From assembly GCA_050084515.1 (NCBI GenBank), contig CM114271.1:35712001-35776000 (forward strand): a stretch of DNA of 64,000 nt. The letters run 5' to 3'. Below the pieces are notes generated by a model that was not told the origin of the DNA, searched no databases, and saw only the letters and a list, made by a program, of their open reading frames with translations. The translations under genes were made by a program, and so were the position numbers. This stretch comes from Blasia pusilla. Taxonomy: Eukaryota. This document shows positions 38,934 to 50,799 of the stretch, piece by piece (position 1 is the stretch's first letter; the number at the start of each line of letters is the position of its first letter).

Positions 38934-40293
38934 CTATAGCTGTTGTATCTGAGCAGCCATCCCAGCCTCACGTGCGGCGTCTCCCTCGACGCGTCTAGGT
39001 GGTGGGACTCTACCTCCTCCACGGGTAGCTCCACCACCCTGTCGGACAACTCCAGCTCCGTGTCCCCCGAAGAGACCACCCGGTGCACGACCTCTGGGCA
39101 CACTCGGACCGGCTACTCGCTCCGGTGCCCTCTCTGGCCCTCGGTCCGGACGTAACTCAAGATGTAAACTGAAACACCTAGCGCGTGTATGACCATACCT
39201 CTGACAATAGTCACACTGATAACCTCCTGGTGCAGCACCATCTCCTCCTCCATGCTGAGGCATACGTTCATGACCCTGACGAGTGCAATCGCGCTGATGA
39301 TAGGCTCCACCACATGACCAACAAGTAATAGTAGGCGGCTGCTGCTGAGCCGTATATGAAGGCGCAGGTCTCTGTGGCACGGCCTCTTGGTATCCTCTCT
39401 GAGCTCGTGGTGCCACAATTGACCTATCTCGGAGTCCACGTTGCTGTACAGGTGGAACAGCCAATCGTGACTGCTCTCGCCCAGAACCCATGGTGGCTAC
39501 GCTCTCCTCCGCCATGTTGTGCTCAATGTTCTCGGCGGTCCTAAAAAAATCTCTTAACGTAGGGGAGGTGTTCATAAGAAGCACCCCCTCCCGCACCCGT
39601 GTCCGTAGGGTCCGATCCAACATCGCATACCATGACTGGATAGCCTGAGCCTCTGTCACCTTGAGTGACGTTGATCAACGGGCGCAAGCGAGTGTAAGCC
39701 TCACGCAAACTCTCACTTGGGCGCCTCTGGAAGTCGTGGATGCTCCTCAAATTCTCCGTTCGTACCCCTTGGTATCTCGCCCTCAACTCAACAAAGAACT
39801 CAACCACAGGGTTGAACGTGGGACAAACCCGACTAGACGGTGCAACTACTCCAGTGCGAGTGACTCCTCCTAAAACGTCACTAGTGGAAGAGGAAGTAGC
39901 CTCTCCTGACTCCTCCTCCTTATATGGGAACGGCTCCGTCCATAACACATAATGTGGGTCATAGTAGAGCCTCCACGCCTCGATCTCACGTGCATATCTC
40001 TGAGAGAACTCATGGTAATCGTCCATGGGCGCCCCCTCTAAATGCTAGAACATACCGTTCCATGCTGTAAACGGGTTGAATTCTCTAGAGTTCCTGGCTC
40101 GTTGGGAGTCGCACCAACTCCTAAACTCTGCTATGAAATCGTGCAACTCAATCGTGCATACTGCACCTGAAAACCTGCGCGGTCCTCTATCCCGGTTGTC
40201 CATCTCGTACGCCCAACTGGTAGGACCACTCACAATGTGTGGTGATGTGCTCACAAACTCCTCTACACCCTCCCCCTTGTCTGACGATGACAC
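38934..40293 (-). pseudogene. gag: gag with two zinc knuckles (copy 1)
   Basis: FQRRPSESLREAYTRL (gag-like); knuckles CWSCGGAYHQRDC and CDYCQRYGHTRARC; frameshifted. Confidence 0.8.
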
Positions 40294-41249
40294 AGAAGGA
40301 GGTCGAGGTGGTCCCTCACGTAGAGACCCTTAGAACCTCGCCCCACTCCGCGTAAAACCTCTAGAGCTACTCTCGAGTTCACCACCTCGCCTCTCAAAGT
40401 CCCGAATGGACGTCGTGATGACCCTCGTGCCCCTCTCACCCGATCACTCTCAACCTCGCGAGTAATCCCTCAATCAATCATCCCAAACATGCGGCACTTG
40501 ACCAGACTATCTTCTCATCGACAACCTACCCTCAACTCCGGACATCCCACACAGGTCTATGTCCCCTAAACCACATACATGAATGATGCTCTCAGCATCC
40601 ATACAACCCAATATCCCTAAATAAACTACCAAAATCCCAAAATCCCTCACACGTGCAGGGTAAAGGACCAGAATGGGTAACCTGAACACATGTCAATGTC
40701 GCTCCTCAGCAACTGCAAATCTTGATCCCAGCTTGGTCGTGAAGACAACTCCTCCAAATCAGCAAGTCGTACTCCTCTCGTATTGACACTGCTCAACCTC
40801 CTTGATGTGCGGTGCAAGTCAAGCGGTCCGGTGCAGCATTGGTGGCACGAAACGACTACGAACACCACGGCACTCGAGAATAGGGTGCGGCACTTGGCGG
40901 CATACCCTCCTCAATCAGCAATTCACACGCTCTGCTCCTTAGTGAAGGAGCGGTTCCGCAATTAAGACCGTGCGATACGGCGTAGCAATCCGTGGCGCAT
41001 TGCGGCTACGGGCGTCACTGCACGGTACTCGATCGTCGTCGAGCGGATACCAATCACAACATAACAACATGAAAAGCTCAAACACCATAATTGGAGGTCA
41101 TCTGCCATCACTGGTTGATGACAAAACTGTGACGACGGTGGTAGCCAAAATAAAGTACGTGGTGGCGACGCAAGTCAAAGAATCAACGAACGTTGTGGAA
41201 GACCCTCCATTCCGTAATGGTAGCAAGGGCAACCAAAGGGTGGACAACG

Positions 41250-41380
41250 GACGGTGGACCGTTGACGGTGATGGCCGACCGTTGATGGTGACGGCCGAGC
41301 GGTGACGGTGATGGTTGATGGTGACGGTTGACCGATGATGGTGACGGTTGACCATTGACGGTGACTATGACCGTGGCGGT
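41250..41380. repeat. Low-complexity GACGGT/GATGGT repeat in the 5' leader of copy 1
   Basis: Repeated GTTGACGGTGATG-like hexamer variants. Confidence 0.75.
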
Positions 41381-41927
41381 TGGTTTAGGATTTGAATAAT
41401 TTAACCCTAAAATTGCCTAGCAATGGCAGTTTTGCAAGATTGATCATAACTTTTTGCTCGCAATCCAAATTGCACACTGTTTGTTGCACATCGTGCACAG
41501 CTTCACAATCTACAACAGCGTCAAAAAATATTTAGAATCAAACATTCCAGTAAAAACTGACGGGGATTGTTGTAAAGCCCAATGTCTCTTTCTCCTACAC
41601 AAAATTTGGCAACGCTTCCGCGCTGATTTCTCCCAACGAAAATGTAAAACCTGTAAAAATACAAATCAGCAAGCTACATGGTGCACTCGAGAGCGCCGGT
41701 ATGGGGCAAGCCACCCCCATAATCAATTCTTATAAAAAATTGGGCAGCGCTTCCGCGCGCCACTCTTCCACACGAAAAATCGGCAAATGCAAAGAACAAT
41801 CAAAGCAGCCCTTGCTCCGGTGAGAACTCTCTTGAGCCGCTGAACGGTGAACACGGTCCCCAACCTGAAAAAATAGCGAGTGACCAGAGACCTCCCCCAT
41901 GAAGCTCTCTCATTCTCTCATTCTCTT

Positions 41928-42443
41928 TGTAAAGTAAGATCCAATCTCTCTCTATACCATCTCACACCATAGCTCTCAAAGGTGTGCACTCTCTCTCATG
42001 TCGAACCAAAACCACTCTCCTAATGAGAGGCTTGGATTACACTCACAAGGCAAGGGACGATAACTCCGCCGCCTTATGCCAAGAGGTTCAACAAAGAGAG
42101 AATGAGCTCTCAAGCTCTCTCTCTTGGAGGTATACCCCCTTCCCTCTCCGAAGCCCTCTCAACGGTAACTCTATGCTCGTAGGTCACCTCCTTGGCTCTT
42201 GACCTGCTGTAGCGGGTCAAGGGCCACTTCCAAAAGTGGAAAGTCAACTATCCCCAACATGGAAACTTACCCAAAATAATAAGTTTCTCTATATGGCTCC
42301 AAATGAGCCGAAACGAAAGGGAAACCTGCTCTCTCAGGTTTTCCGGGGCCTCAACAGGTCATTCTTGACCTCCTGGGCCTATCCTCCACTACTTGTGCAC
42401 ACACTCTGTTAGATCCTACCGATCTATCCTAACAGTCGTGACA
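41928..42443 (-). repeat. 5' terminal repeat (b only) of copy 1
   Basis: Direct repeat of ~32130-32642 with about 40 differences in ~515 bp by eye (~92%). No copy of segment a and no TGG primer site follow it. Confidence 0.92.
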
Positions 42444-44203
42444 GAGTTCCCGTGGCCCGCATCCGAGCCTTTGTCATTCAATTTGTAGACCGCATCGGGC
42501 GTGTTAGGTCCCGCTTCATGGAGGAGTCCTACCACGTCGCAGACGAGTTGGGCCTTGATCGGGCCGGCATGCATGCTCTAACGTCCACATCGAGCCCGCA
42601 AGACCCCTATTGGAAGCCCAAAAAGGGCCGCACGCATGGCTTGCACCCAACATCCAATCCGTGATCGCCATATGGCACCTTGCAAGTGTTTTTGTAGACT
42701 TGCATCCAACTTGCCAATCAAAGATTGCCACTTGGTGCCTTGCAAGTCATCCCCTTGACCCACGTCCTACAAAACCCGTGAGGAAACGTGGTGAAGTTTC
42801 ATTGTTGGAGGCTAAAAGAAATTCAACTCCTCCCTTTCTAACTCCCAAAATGGGTTTTAAACGAAAATCCATAAGGAATTGAAAGGGCTCACAAGTGGAG
42901 CCCAAAATGCTCTTAAGTGGATGAATAGGCCTAATTAACTCATATTTTCACCATTTTCACCATTTCTTTGAGAGCACAGTATTTTTGGATTCGGCCCTAA
43001 ATTTAATTCGTGCCTTGAGAGCTTAGGGCTTTCAACATTGCTAGGAATTTTGGGGAAATCTATTGCGTGCCTTGGGGTCCGGGATAGTTAGATTTTGTTT
43101 ATGACCAACTTGGATATTTGTGCTCCTTGTTGTGTCTCAAACAAAGTCTAATTTATTCCACATTAGGTGAGAGATTGTCGATGTGGAATTCTTTTGTGTC
43201 AGTGTCTCTTTTTTGGTGATTTTGAGAACTCCAATTTATGGTCTCGAGTTTAGATTTGTTTCATTGGCTTTCCTTACCACATTGAGGATATGGAGGTGGT
43301 CAAGGAAACTTATCTGAGCGCGCATATATTCCCTCTAAGTGCTTAACCCTAAACCTAGATTCCACATTCTATCAATTACGTTTTTCATCTTTTTAGTACT
43401 ACCTAATCTCCACCTTTAGATTTCTTTGGTTGGTTGTGTAGGAAATCTTCCTATCTTCTTTCTTTGAGCTATATGTTTAGTGGGGTTGAGTCATTGGAGG
43501 TAAGAGATAACCAAATGGAGTCGAGTGATAGTTTCAAAAGGTAAAAACTCAATTCCAGGATTGACTTTAACATGGCTACAAGAGAGGCATGGATCGACAA
43601 GTTTTTCTAGCTTACATTAGAGAAGAGATGATACTATATTTCGAGGGGTATGGATGGTTTCCATGACTACACCTTGGAATCGCAAAGATTTTCTATGAGA
43701 GTTTCAGAGTCAAGAAACTAGGAATTCAAGGCCAAAGAGGCCCAAAGGTTAAGTGCATTTTGTGCCCAACAAGGTGTTCACTTGGAGAAAGCATATGTTG
43801 ATCTTAAGACATACAAGAAGGAGAAGCCCATTGTTGCTAATTAAGACAACTCTACTAGAAAGATTTTGTGCAAAGTTAAAATACTCAACATTTTTTTAAG
43901 GGATATAATAGTTCAGTGGAGAGGATATTCGTAGTTCCACGTGGATGTATGTGGATTTTTAACCAGGATACAATAATAGGACATAATCTTGAGGATACTT
44001 TGGGCTTAGGTTGACATGGAATCGTGTGCAATTGTAAAGTAAACCAAACCCTTGGCTTTAGTGAAGATATTTAAATTACTATTGCATGAAGGTGTTTAAG
44101 GAAGCATTTTGATTATATTTAAGACAATCAATGATGCGTGAGGAGATTTTTGCTATCTTACATCAAGGGATGGTTGAATTATGGTTCTGTGGTGGTTGAA
44201 TTA

Positions 44204-46070
44204 TGACCCAGGTACTCAATCTGGTGGTAGAAGATTTGCACTTGCCTGAAGGTAGCTTCAGCCCATGTAATTGAAATCGTCGGAACACCTCCTCTAGATG
44301 TCGCTCATGCTCCTCAACCGTGGCGCTAAAGACTATGATGCCATCAATTTAATACCTAGCAAAATCCAGACCTGCCAAGATTCTATCCATCACCCTATGA
44401 AACTCATCCGGTGCGTTCTTTAACCAAAATGGTAAGAACCGCCACTGGTACAAGCAATCCTTCCCATGAGGATTGATGCCCCAAAATGCCGTCTTCTGCC
44501 TATCAGCAACTGATGGTATCCGGCTCGAAGATCTAACAAACTGAAGACCTTTGCATGCCCAATAGCATCAAAGATCTTCTCAAGAGTGGATATGACATAC
44601 CTATCGGACTTCGTCTGCCAATTGATAGGTCAATTATCTCCACACATCCGCCTATCCGTCCAATTGCCATGCATATCCTTCTTGACGGGCATGATAGTGG
44701 CAGATGCATACTCTCCATGGGACATCTCCACTAGTCCTGCGCCAACCAAGTCCTAGCTCCTACTCTGAATCAGAGCCCTGTCCATGTCACTATACCTGTA
44801 GGGTTGTTGGAAGAACGGCGTGTCACTCAACAACTCAATGCGGATCTCTCGACCCTTCAGCGTACCCAAATCCTGCATACTAAATGCAAAATAGCTCCTA
44901 TAACTCCTAAGGAATTGGTATATCCGGCGCCGCTCTCCTTGTGTCAACTTAGGGCCCATATCTGGCTCCCAAGTCTCCATCGTGACTACAGTAGGACTCT
45001 CCGGTGTGGGTGTCGATGGTTGCTATGGTGCAACCCCATCTCGGATAACAAAACTCGACTGCTCCCCTGCAGCCAATTGCAAAATCGGATCTCTATGTGT
45101 AGTACCCGGAACCACGCTCAATGTTGTGGCTACCATCTCCTCGCGTATGTGCAAAACATCTCACGAAGTCCAAGGATGTATCTCCCAATCACCCTCGGTG
45201 TGTCGATCTCCTCGAGTCTTGCCCCAAGCCACTGCCTCAACCATCTCGGTAGGCATGGGGCTCATCAATGCAACTGCTATGATCTGTCGTATCCTCAAAC
45301 GAGGCTACTCAGCTACTCCTAAGCTGAAAATCCATGTCAAGCAGTTCAAGTCCATCGCGTGACCCAAGACATGACGGTGATGCCTCTGATAGTGACGGTA
45401 CTGCCGTCACTCCTGTGGGGAATCCCATCGCTCGCTCTCGCTCATCGGCGTTGGGCTCCACCAACCTCTGTACTTGGTCATCCCAAACCAAGCCAGGTCT
45501 GCCTCCTAGACTACATAGGAAGCGGGAAAACTCACCAATGTGGGAAAGACTGCTCGTGGCATGCCAATCTTGTTGACCACAGTCAACGACGGTCGATCAT
45601 CTAGCGTCACTGCCTGTGATCGACGGCCCGGATCCAATATAGAATCCACCAGAAAATCGGAGGGACACTCCACTCTTGCATATGCCCTCTGCAACACCTC
45701 GTGTGGTACCAAGTTGATCCACCAACGACGCGGGCGATGTGCTCGTGAACCCACACTCGCCGCATCCAACAAAACTTTTGGGCCGATCCATGCGCGCACC
45801 TGATATGCACTCGTCATAACACGGGACCTCGAATCGCCCAAAATTGGTACATTCTCCAGAATGTATGATGGAGGACGAGATTGATGCTCCTACAAGTGTC
45901 GCAAGATCCGCATCATCTCCCAAAACAACCTGGACCAAGAGTAAGCTAATCCGCTACCCCGTCTAGCACTCGACTGGCCGTGACATGGCCAACCAGCAAT
46001 GACCAAGACTATGGTCCCTACTTGATCCAAGTCCTGCGCCTCCAACAATGAAATGTCCCTTGATAGGATA
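44204..46070 (-). mobile_element. Internal fragment of the DNMT-gypsy family, copy 2 (DNMT motifs III-X, linker, RT)
   Basis: DISLLEAQDLDQVGTIVLVIAGWPCHGQS, YILENV, RAHRPRRWWINL, EPNADERERAMGFPTGVT, then RT. Collinear with ~35240-37280; truncated at both ends. Confidence 0.92.
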
Positions 46071-49000
46071 GTTATGTCTACAGTTTCAGGGAACTCGTTT
46101 TCGTCGTTGTTCAACTTCTAGGTTACTATTGACATGTATTGCATATCCTATGCCACATAGCTCTCAACATATTTTGCACTCTATCCTGACGAACTAGTAA
46201 CGCTGCTCTTTTTCCAACTCCGCGACACACTATATATTTCTTTTTGATTTATTCCTATGCAACCAGAAATGATTGAGAAAGTGATTTTGTCAGCGGTCCA
46301 CAAGAATTGCTTCTATCTATATTCAATATTTTGAGGTATGAAATTTTCAATTGGCATCACATAACAAGTTGTACCTACTTTACTGTTTACACCATAACTC
46401 GTTCTTTGTCAACTTTACAACACCAAATGGTGGGCTAAATTGTCATTCATATATGTTGAGATAGGAAGTTGGTGTTGTTTGATAAAAATGTTGTTGTTCC
46501 CCGTCGAGTAGCCTACAAGGCTCATTTCTATAGAATGCAGCAATTGTGATAACTCCCTCCAGAGTGACATTTTCAGCTTGTGTTTTGCCTAACGACGTTC
46601 TCACTTTATTATGATTAACTTTTTTCATGAATCAAGGCAGGCACCTTCCGTAAATCTTCTTGCACTTAATATTTTCCTTTGCAGAGTAACTCTAAGCATG
46701 CTCTTTCTACACTTAAAATGATCTCTCTTGAAATCAATTTTTGAACCCCAACCAACAAAATTTGCAACCACATTCAAATTTATTAGCTTCTACACAAAAC
46801 ATATTAAGTTTTAGGTTTTTGCATCGAAAAAGAATTTTGCAATATTGGTTGAAACTAATGCAAAACAGTTACAGCGACTACCCAGCCATATTCTTGTTTC
46901 TTCGTACCAAGACATTTGAACTTCATGCCAAATATCAGTTTCACACTATTACTTGCGTATCGATATGTAATCTATATTACTATGGGAGAGTGCCTTCTTG
47001 TTTTGCAAACACTTATATCTTTGACACATGACGATTGGACAACAAAAATTTGAAGATGTGTGCAATATCAGAGATCGCTTCCCTTCATGGGATACAAACT
47101 AAAATAACTCTTCAAACACTTTTTCATTTTCGACACGTAAACTTTTTAACGCCTTCCCCTTACTACCATTGTCTAAAAGAATTCGTTTTCCTCCCGTGTT
47201 TGAATTGAATGTTATTAATGGGTGAATAACATTCATGCCAAAGATGATTGAGCCCTAATAGATCAGACCGCATACTTGTTAACAATAGCACAGCCACGTC
47301 CCCAGACCTAAACGTAGCAATCGCTCAGTTCCGGTCGCACCCTAAACCCACGCAACCCACGTATGATGACAGGCTGATCAGCCCTGGAACTAGAGGGCCG
47401 CATTCTTGTTGACTTAAACCTCTGTCCCAACATCTCACAAAGGGGAGCACATGTTTCCGCAGACGTGGGAGTCCACATCCGTCTCCGGCGGTCCTCGCGC
47501 TCTTGAAATTGAAATGCGTTTAACGTTTCGAGCTGTCATGGGAAGCTCAGTGGCATTGATCGGTTTCCGTCCAAATCTCGGCACAGCTGTGGCTTCTCCA
47601 TCACGATCGTCATCGTCTCGATCCGATCGCATGGTCCTAGCGATGGCGAATCGCGCGGCCCTACGTGCAATCCGCAGCAACCTGCGCTACGCAGCTGTAC
47701 AGGATGGGGAAGGGTAGTGGTATACACGTGCCACGCGCCTTCTTAGACGTGTATTGACCTATCAGGCAGAGGATTACGGTTTGACACTTTACGCACGTCC
47801 CGCCATCGGCAGACTGTTTAGGAAGGGCGAACCTTCGTCTCACCTGCAAGATCTGAGCGTTTGACGTAGTTTCGCTCAGCCTCCCATGCTAAACTGTCCT
47901 ACCGAGGTCCTTCGCTGTAAGAACCAGTTGGTATGGTTTTTTGTAATCGCACCTCTCCGACCTTTTTTCAATAATTCGCGCGATGGTTGATTCCCATACG
48001 TAGACTTCTTGCAGGAATTATGAAGAACTAGAAAGGATGCCCGTGCGATGCACCGGCATCAAATTTTGTACTGAAGCCACATTTCGCTTGCAGCATGTAC
48101 ATGTTCGCTATTTCTAAAGTTCGCTCCTTCAAAATTGAAATCGCTCATGTTAATAATTTTCACCTGTTATACTTATCGGCCTCTTCCCTTTCCCTGCGAG
48201 TACTTCTTCTCCTTAGATTCGAGATTCTGCCAGTCCGCTCATTTATCGATATGCCTTTATTCACCGACCTTCTAGTCAGAATGCCATTTCTACATCAAGT
48301 TTAGTGGATAATATGCGATGCGAATCTCCGAATTAGTTCCGTTGTATAGTAAGTGAGAAGCATAGGTGAAGGATATCCTACATAGACATGGTTTCATAAC
48401 AGTCACCGTTAATATTCGTTGGAATATCTCCCTCACCACTTGGCTAGGTGAATAATGTTCTACGTTTCATGGGAAGTCCATGGAATGATGGTTTCTTCTT
48501 CTCACCGCGCGCCACTATAATTACAGATAGCTTTGGATGGATTATTCGGTGAGTGCATCTTTCTCAGATAGCAGCTCTCCCTATCGATCTCGAAATCGTC
48601 GAAGCTAATCAGTTGGTGCCACTCTGTTCTCACACTGCTAGTGCATCCACAGAAGGTAAGCTTGATTATTACGCTGCAGAAAATCCTTCCTCGAGCTCCG
48701 TGTCTTCTAATATCTCACTTACTTTTGTCTAGTTCACTCACCGTTTCTCTCCAGAAATCGAGATTGAGATCAATTCGCCGAAATCCTCGTATTTCCTCGC
48801 GTAGGGAGCTGGATCAAATTTGCAATTGGTTAGAGTAGTCACGTCGCTTATAGGAAATCCGAATCAGTGGTCTGTCTGGTATAGCATCCGGTCACGGCGT
48901 AAACCTCCTGGAGGGTTACGCCGCCGGTGAACAGTTCGAGACATTTGGGGCACGCGATCGATGCTATACCTCGATCGCGTGCAACAAATGTCTCGAACCG

Positions 49001-49225
49001 ATCGCCTGCTGGGATTCCTAACCCTGTACGCTGCTTATACATTTGGAATGCTTGTAGAAGACCGGATTATTGTAGAACGGAAAATTCTAGGCTCTCCTGT
49101 GAAAGCGTATTTTGTTGTGTGAGATGTTTCTCAAACGAGTTGGACTCTAGCAAGTTGCAAGCAACAATATGGTTGGTATAACTTGAGTTGACAATGTGCC
49201 CATACTCACTGCAGAACAGACCAAC

Positions 49226-49633
49226 ATGGATGCTCCCTACACACGCGATATGACTCAAATGGTGACTGCCAGAGAGCATGTCCAGAAGCGTCACGAGGAA
49301 AAAGGATGCCTCTATGCCTGGTAAGCATCATGGTTTTTGTGCGTGCACGGTGGCTAGCTTAGACACCCAAACCGTGCCCACCAAGAAAGTCGAATGATAA
49401 TGTAGAGGCTACTGGCACGTCTATGATAATTTAATACAATCACATCGTAGTTTGTGCTGAAAAGAGAAGACGCAGATAGGTTTGCCTCAGTTCCATGATC
49501 TGACGAGTTCCATGATCTGACGAGTTTACTGAAACAAATTTTGGTGTGCAGTTGCTTCGCGGCCTGTTGCTGCTTCTGCTGCTACGAGAGCTGTGAGTGC
49601 TGTCTAGACATTTTATGCTGCTGCTTCCAATGA
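49226..49633 (+). CDS. CDT1: Cadmium-tolerance-1-like / CYSTM small Cys-rich protein, 58 aa; exons 49226-49320 and 49552-49633
   Basis: Splicing TG|gtaag...gcag|T gives [58 protein letters not shown]. Exon 2 differs from the 29710 paralogue mostly at synonymous sites. Confidence 0.92.
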
Positions 49634-50681
49634 CCATCTGCTTCCTGCCATGGAGCACTTTGAGGTCCATCCTTCTCACGTCAACAGCTAGTCACTCGCT
49701 AGCAGTAGATGATTTGGGCTGTACATATATGTCACACCAATTCTCATGGATTATATTTTAGGATGGCCTCCAAGAAGAATTATAAACTCTACAGTGATAT
49801 GGCCATTTTCATTACGCTAACCGTCTAGGCCAACAACTACCGAGGGTTTCATATGTCCATAGCTATTACGACTGTAAAGGTCTTTGGGTGGTTGTCTAGC
49901 CATGGAATTGGTTGTCTATAGAACCTCATTGTGTGTCATGAACACGGAGCATAGCGCCAGATACAAAATTTCCCCTATGAGCGGGATGATTACATAGTTC
50001 AGTTGAGCAAATAAGGACATGAGTAGGTATAAAGTTTGAATCATTGGAAGCTTTAGCCTCCACATGTCGTCTTCAGTTCTGTACATGTTGGTTCTCATCT
50101 TATAAAATACTACGAAGGTTGTTCCCGAGGAAACTGTTTGTATTGTGCATTTTGGGAAAATGCCCTTAACGTTTGTATCTGCCCACAAATATCTTTGGAA
50201 AGTGACTCGGATCAATCTTGTCCGTCATATTCGTGCAGCCTATGCTTTCCAGTGCAATCAAACAGAAATATTTGCATGCCCTTGTGAATTGTCTCATACT
50301 CATGAACGAGTGACGGGGGATGTTATGACTAATACTTTTAAGTCTTTATTGTGGATTTTCTTATTTTGCGGTCAAAGCTATACAAACGAAAACCCAACAA
50401 TGTTTTGTGCACTTTCAAATCGTGGATGCTTGATGGCCTGAATTCCAAGATACAGCCCTTGACATAGGACTAGCTATTTGAAATTTGTGGGTCAACCATC
50501 TAGAGTATTTGACGATGCCACTCGTAATTCTCACTTTTTTTTAGAACTTTCTATATTTTAGAATCGATAATTGTGATTGTGCCCAGCTAATTGGTGGTCA
50601 TCAAAGCATGGTTGCACCGGACGTATCCACATACAAGCTCAACGGGGCCCCCATCTAGGTTCTTCCAAAACCCCAGTGGTC

Positions 50682-50799
50682 TGTGCGGATTTGGATTAAG
50701 GGAGGCGGACATGATTCCGTCTGCACATAGCCCGTACCCGGACGAAATCCTGCCCGCCTCCCTTAATCTAAACCCGCACATGTTCACAAGTGCGGGTTT
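50682..50799. repeat. GC-rich hairpin (MITE-like or structured-RNA-like)
   Basis: 42-bp arms 50682-50723 and 50739-50780 with about 6 mismatches and a 15-nt loop. A second small hairpin AAACCCGCAC/GTGCGGGTTT lies at 50770-50799. Confidence 0.8.

Larger units (their letters stand above)
32003..42443 (-). mobile_element. Full-length DNMT3- and PHD-encoding Ty3/gypsy-type retrotransposon, copy 1, with split direct repeats
   Basis: In element orientation it starts TGTCACGAC and ends GCACGACA, flanked by GAGT (31999-32002 and 42444-42447). Domain order: gag, PR, DNMT, RT, RH, IN, PHD. Confidence 0.93.

Noticed and set aside
32003-42443. DIRS/Ngaro tyrosine-recombinase element (suggested by the split repeats and a methyltransferase)
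   Set aside because: No tyrosine-recombinase motifs were found. It has an aspartic protease and an HHCC/DDE integrase, and its methyltransferase is C5-type rather than the adenine type carried by DIRS elements.
42444-44200. Possible older LTR/gag remnant that copy 1 inserted into
   Set aside because: Composition is suggestive, but I could not define termini or diagnostic motifs.
47435-47850. GC-rich ORFs; the + strand MGSSVALIGFRPN... resembles a transit peptide
   Set aside because: Short, stops early, and I could not build a splice model or recognise a domain.
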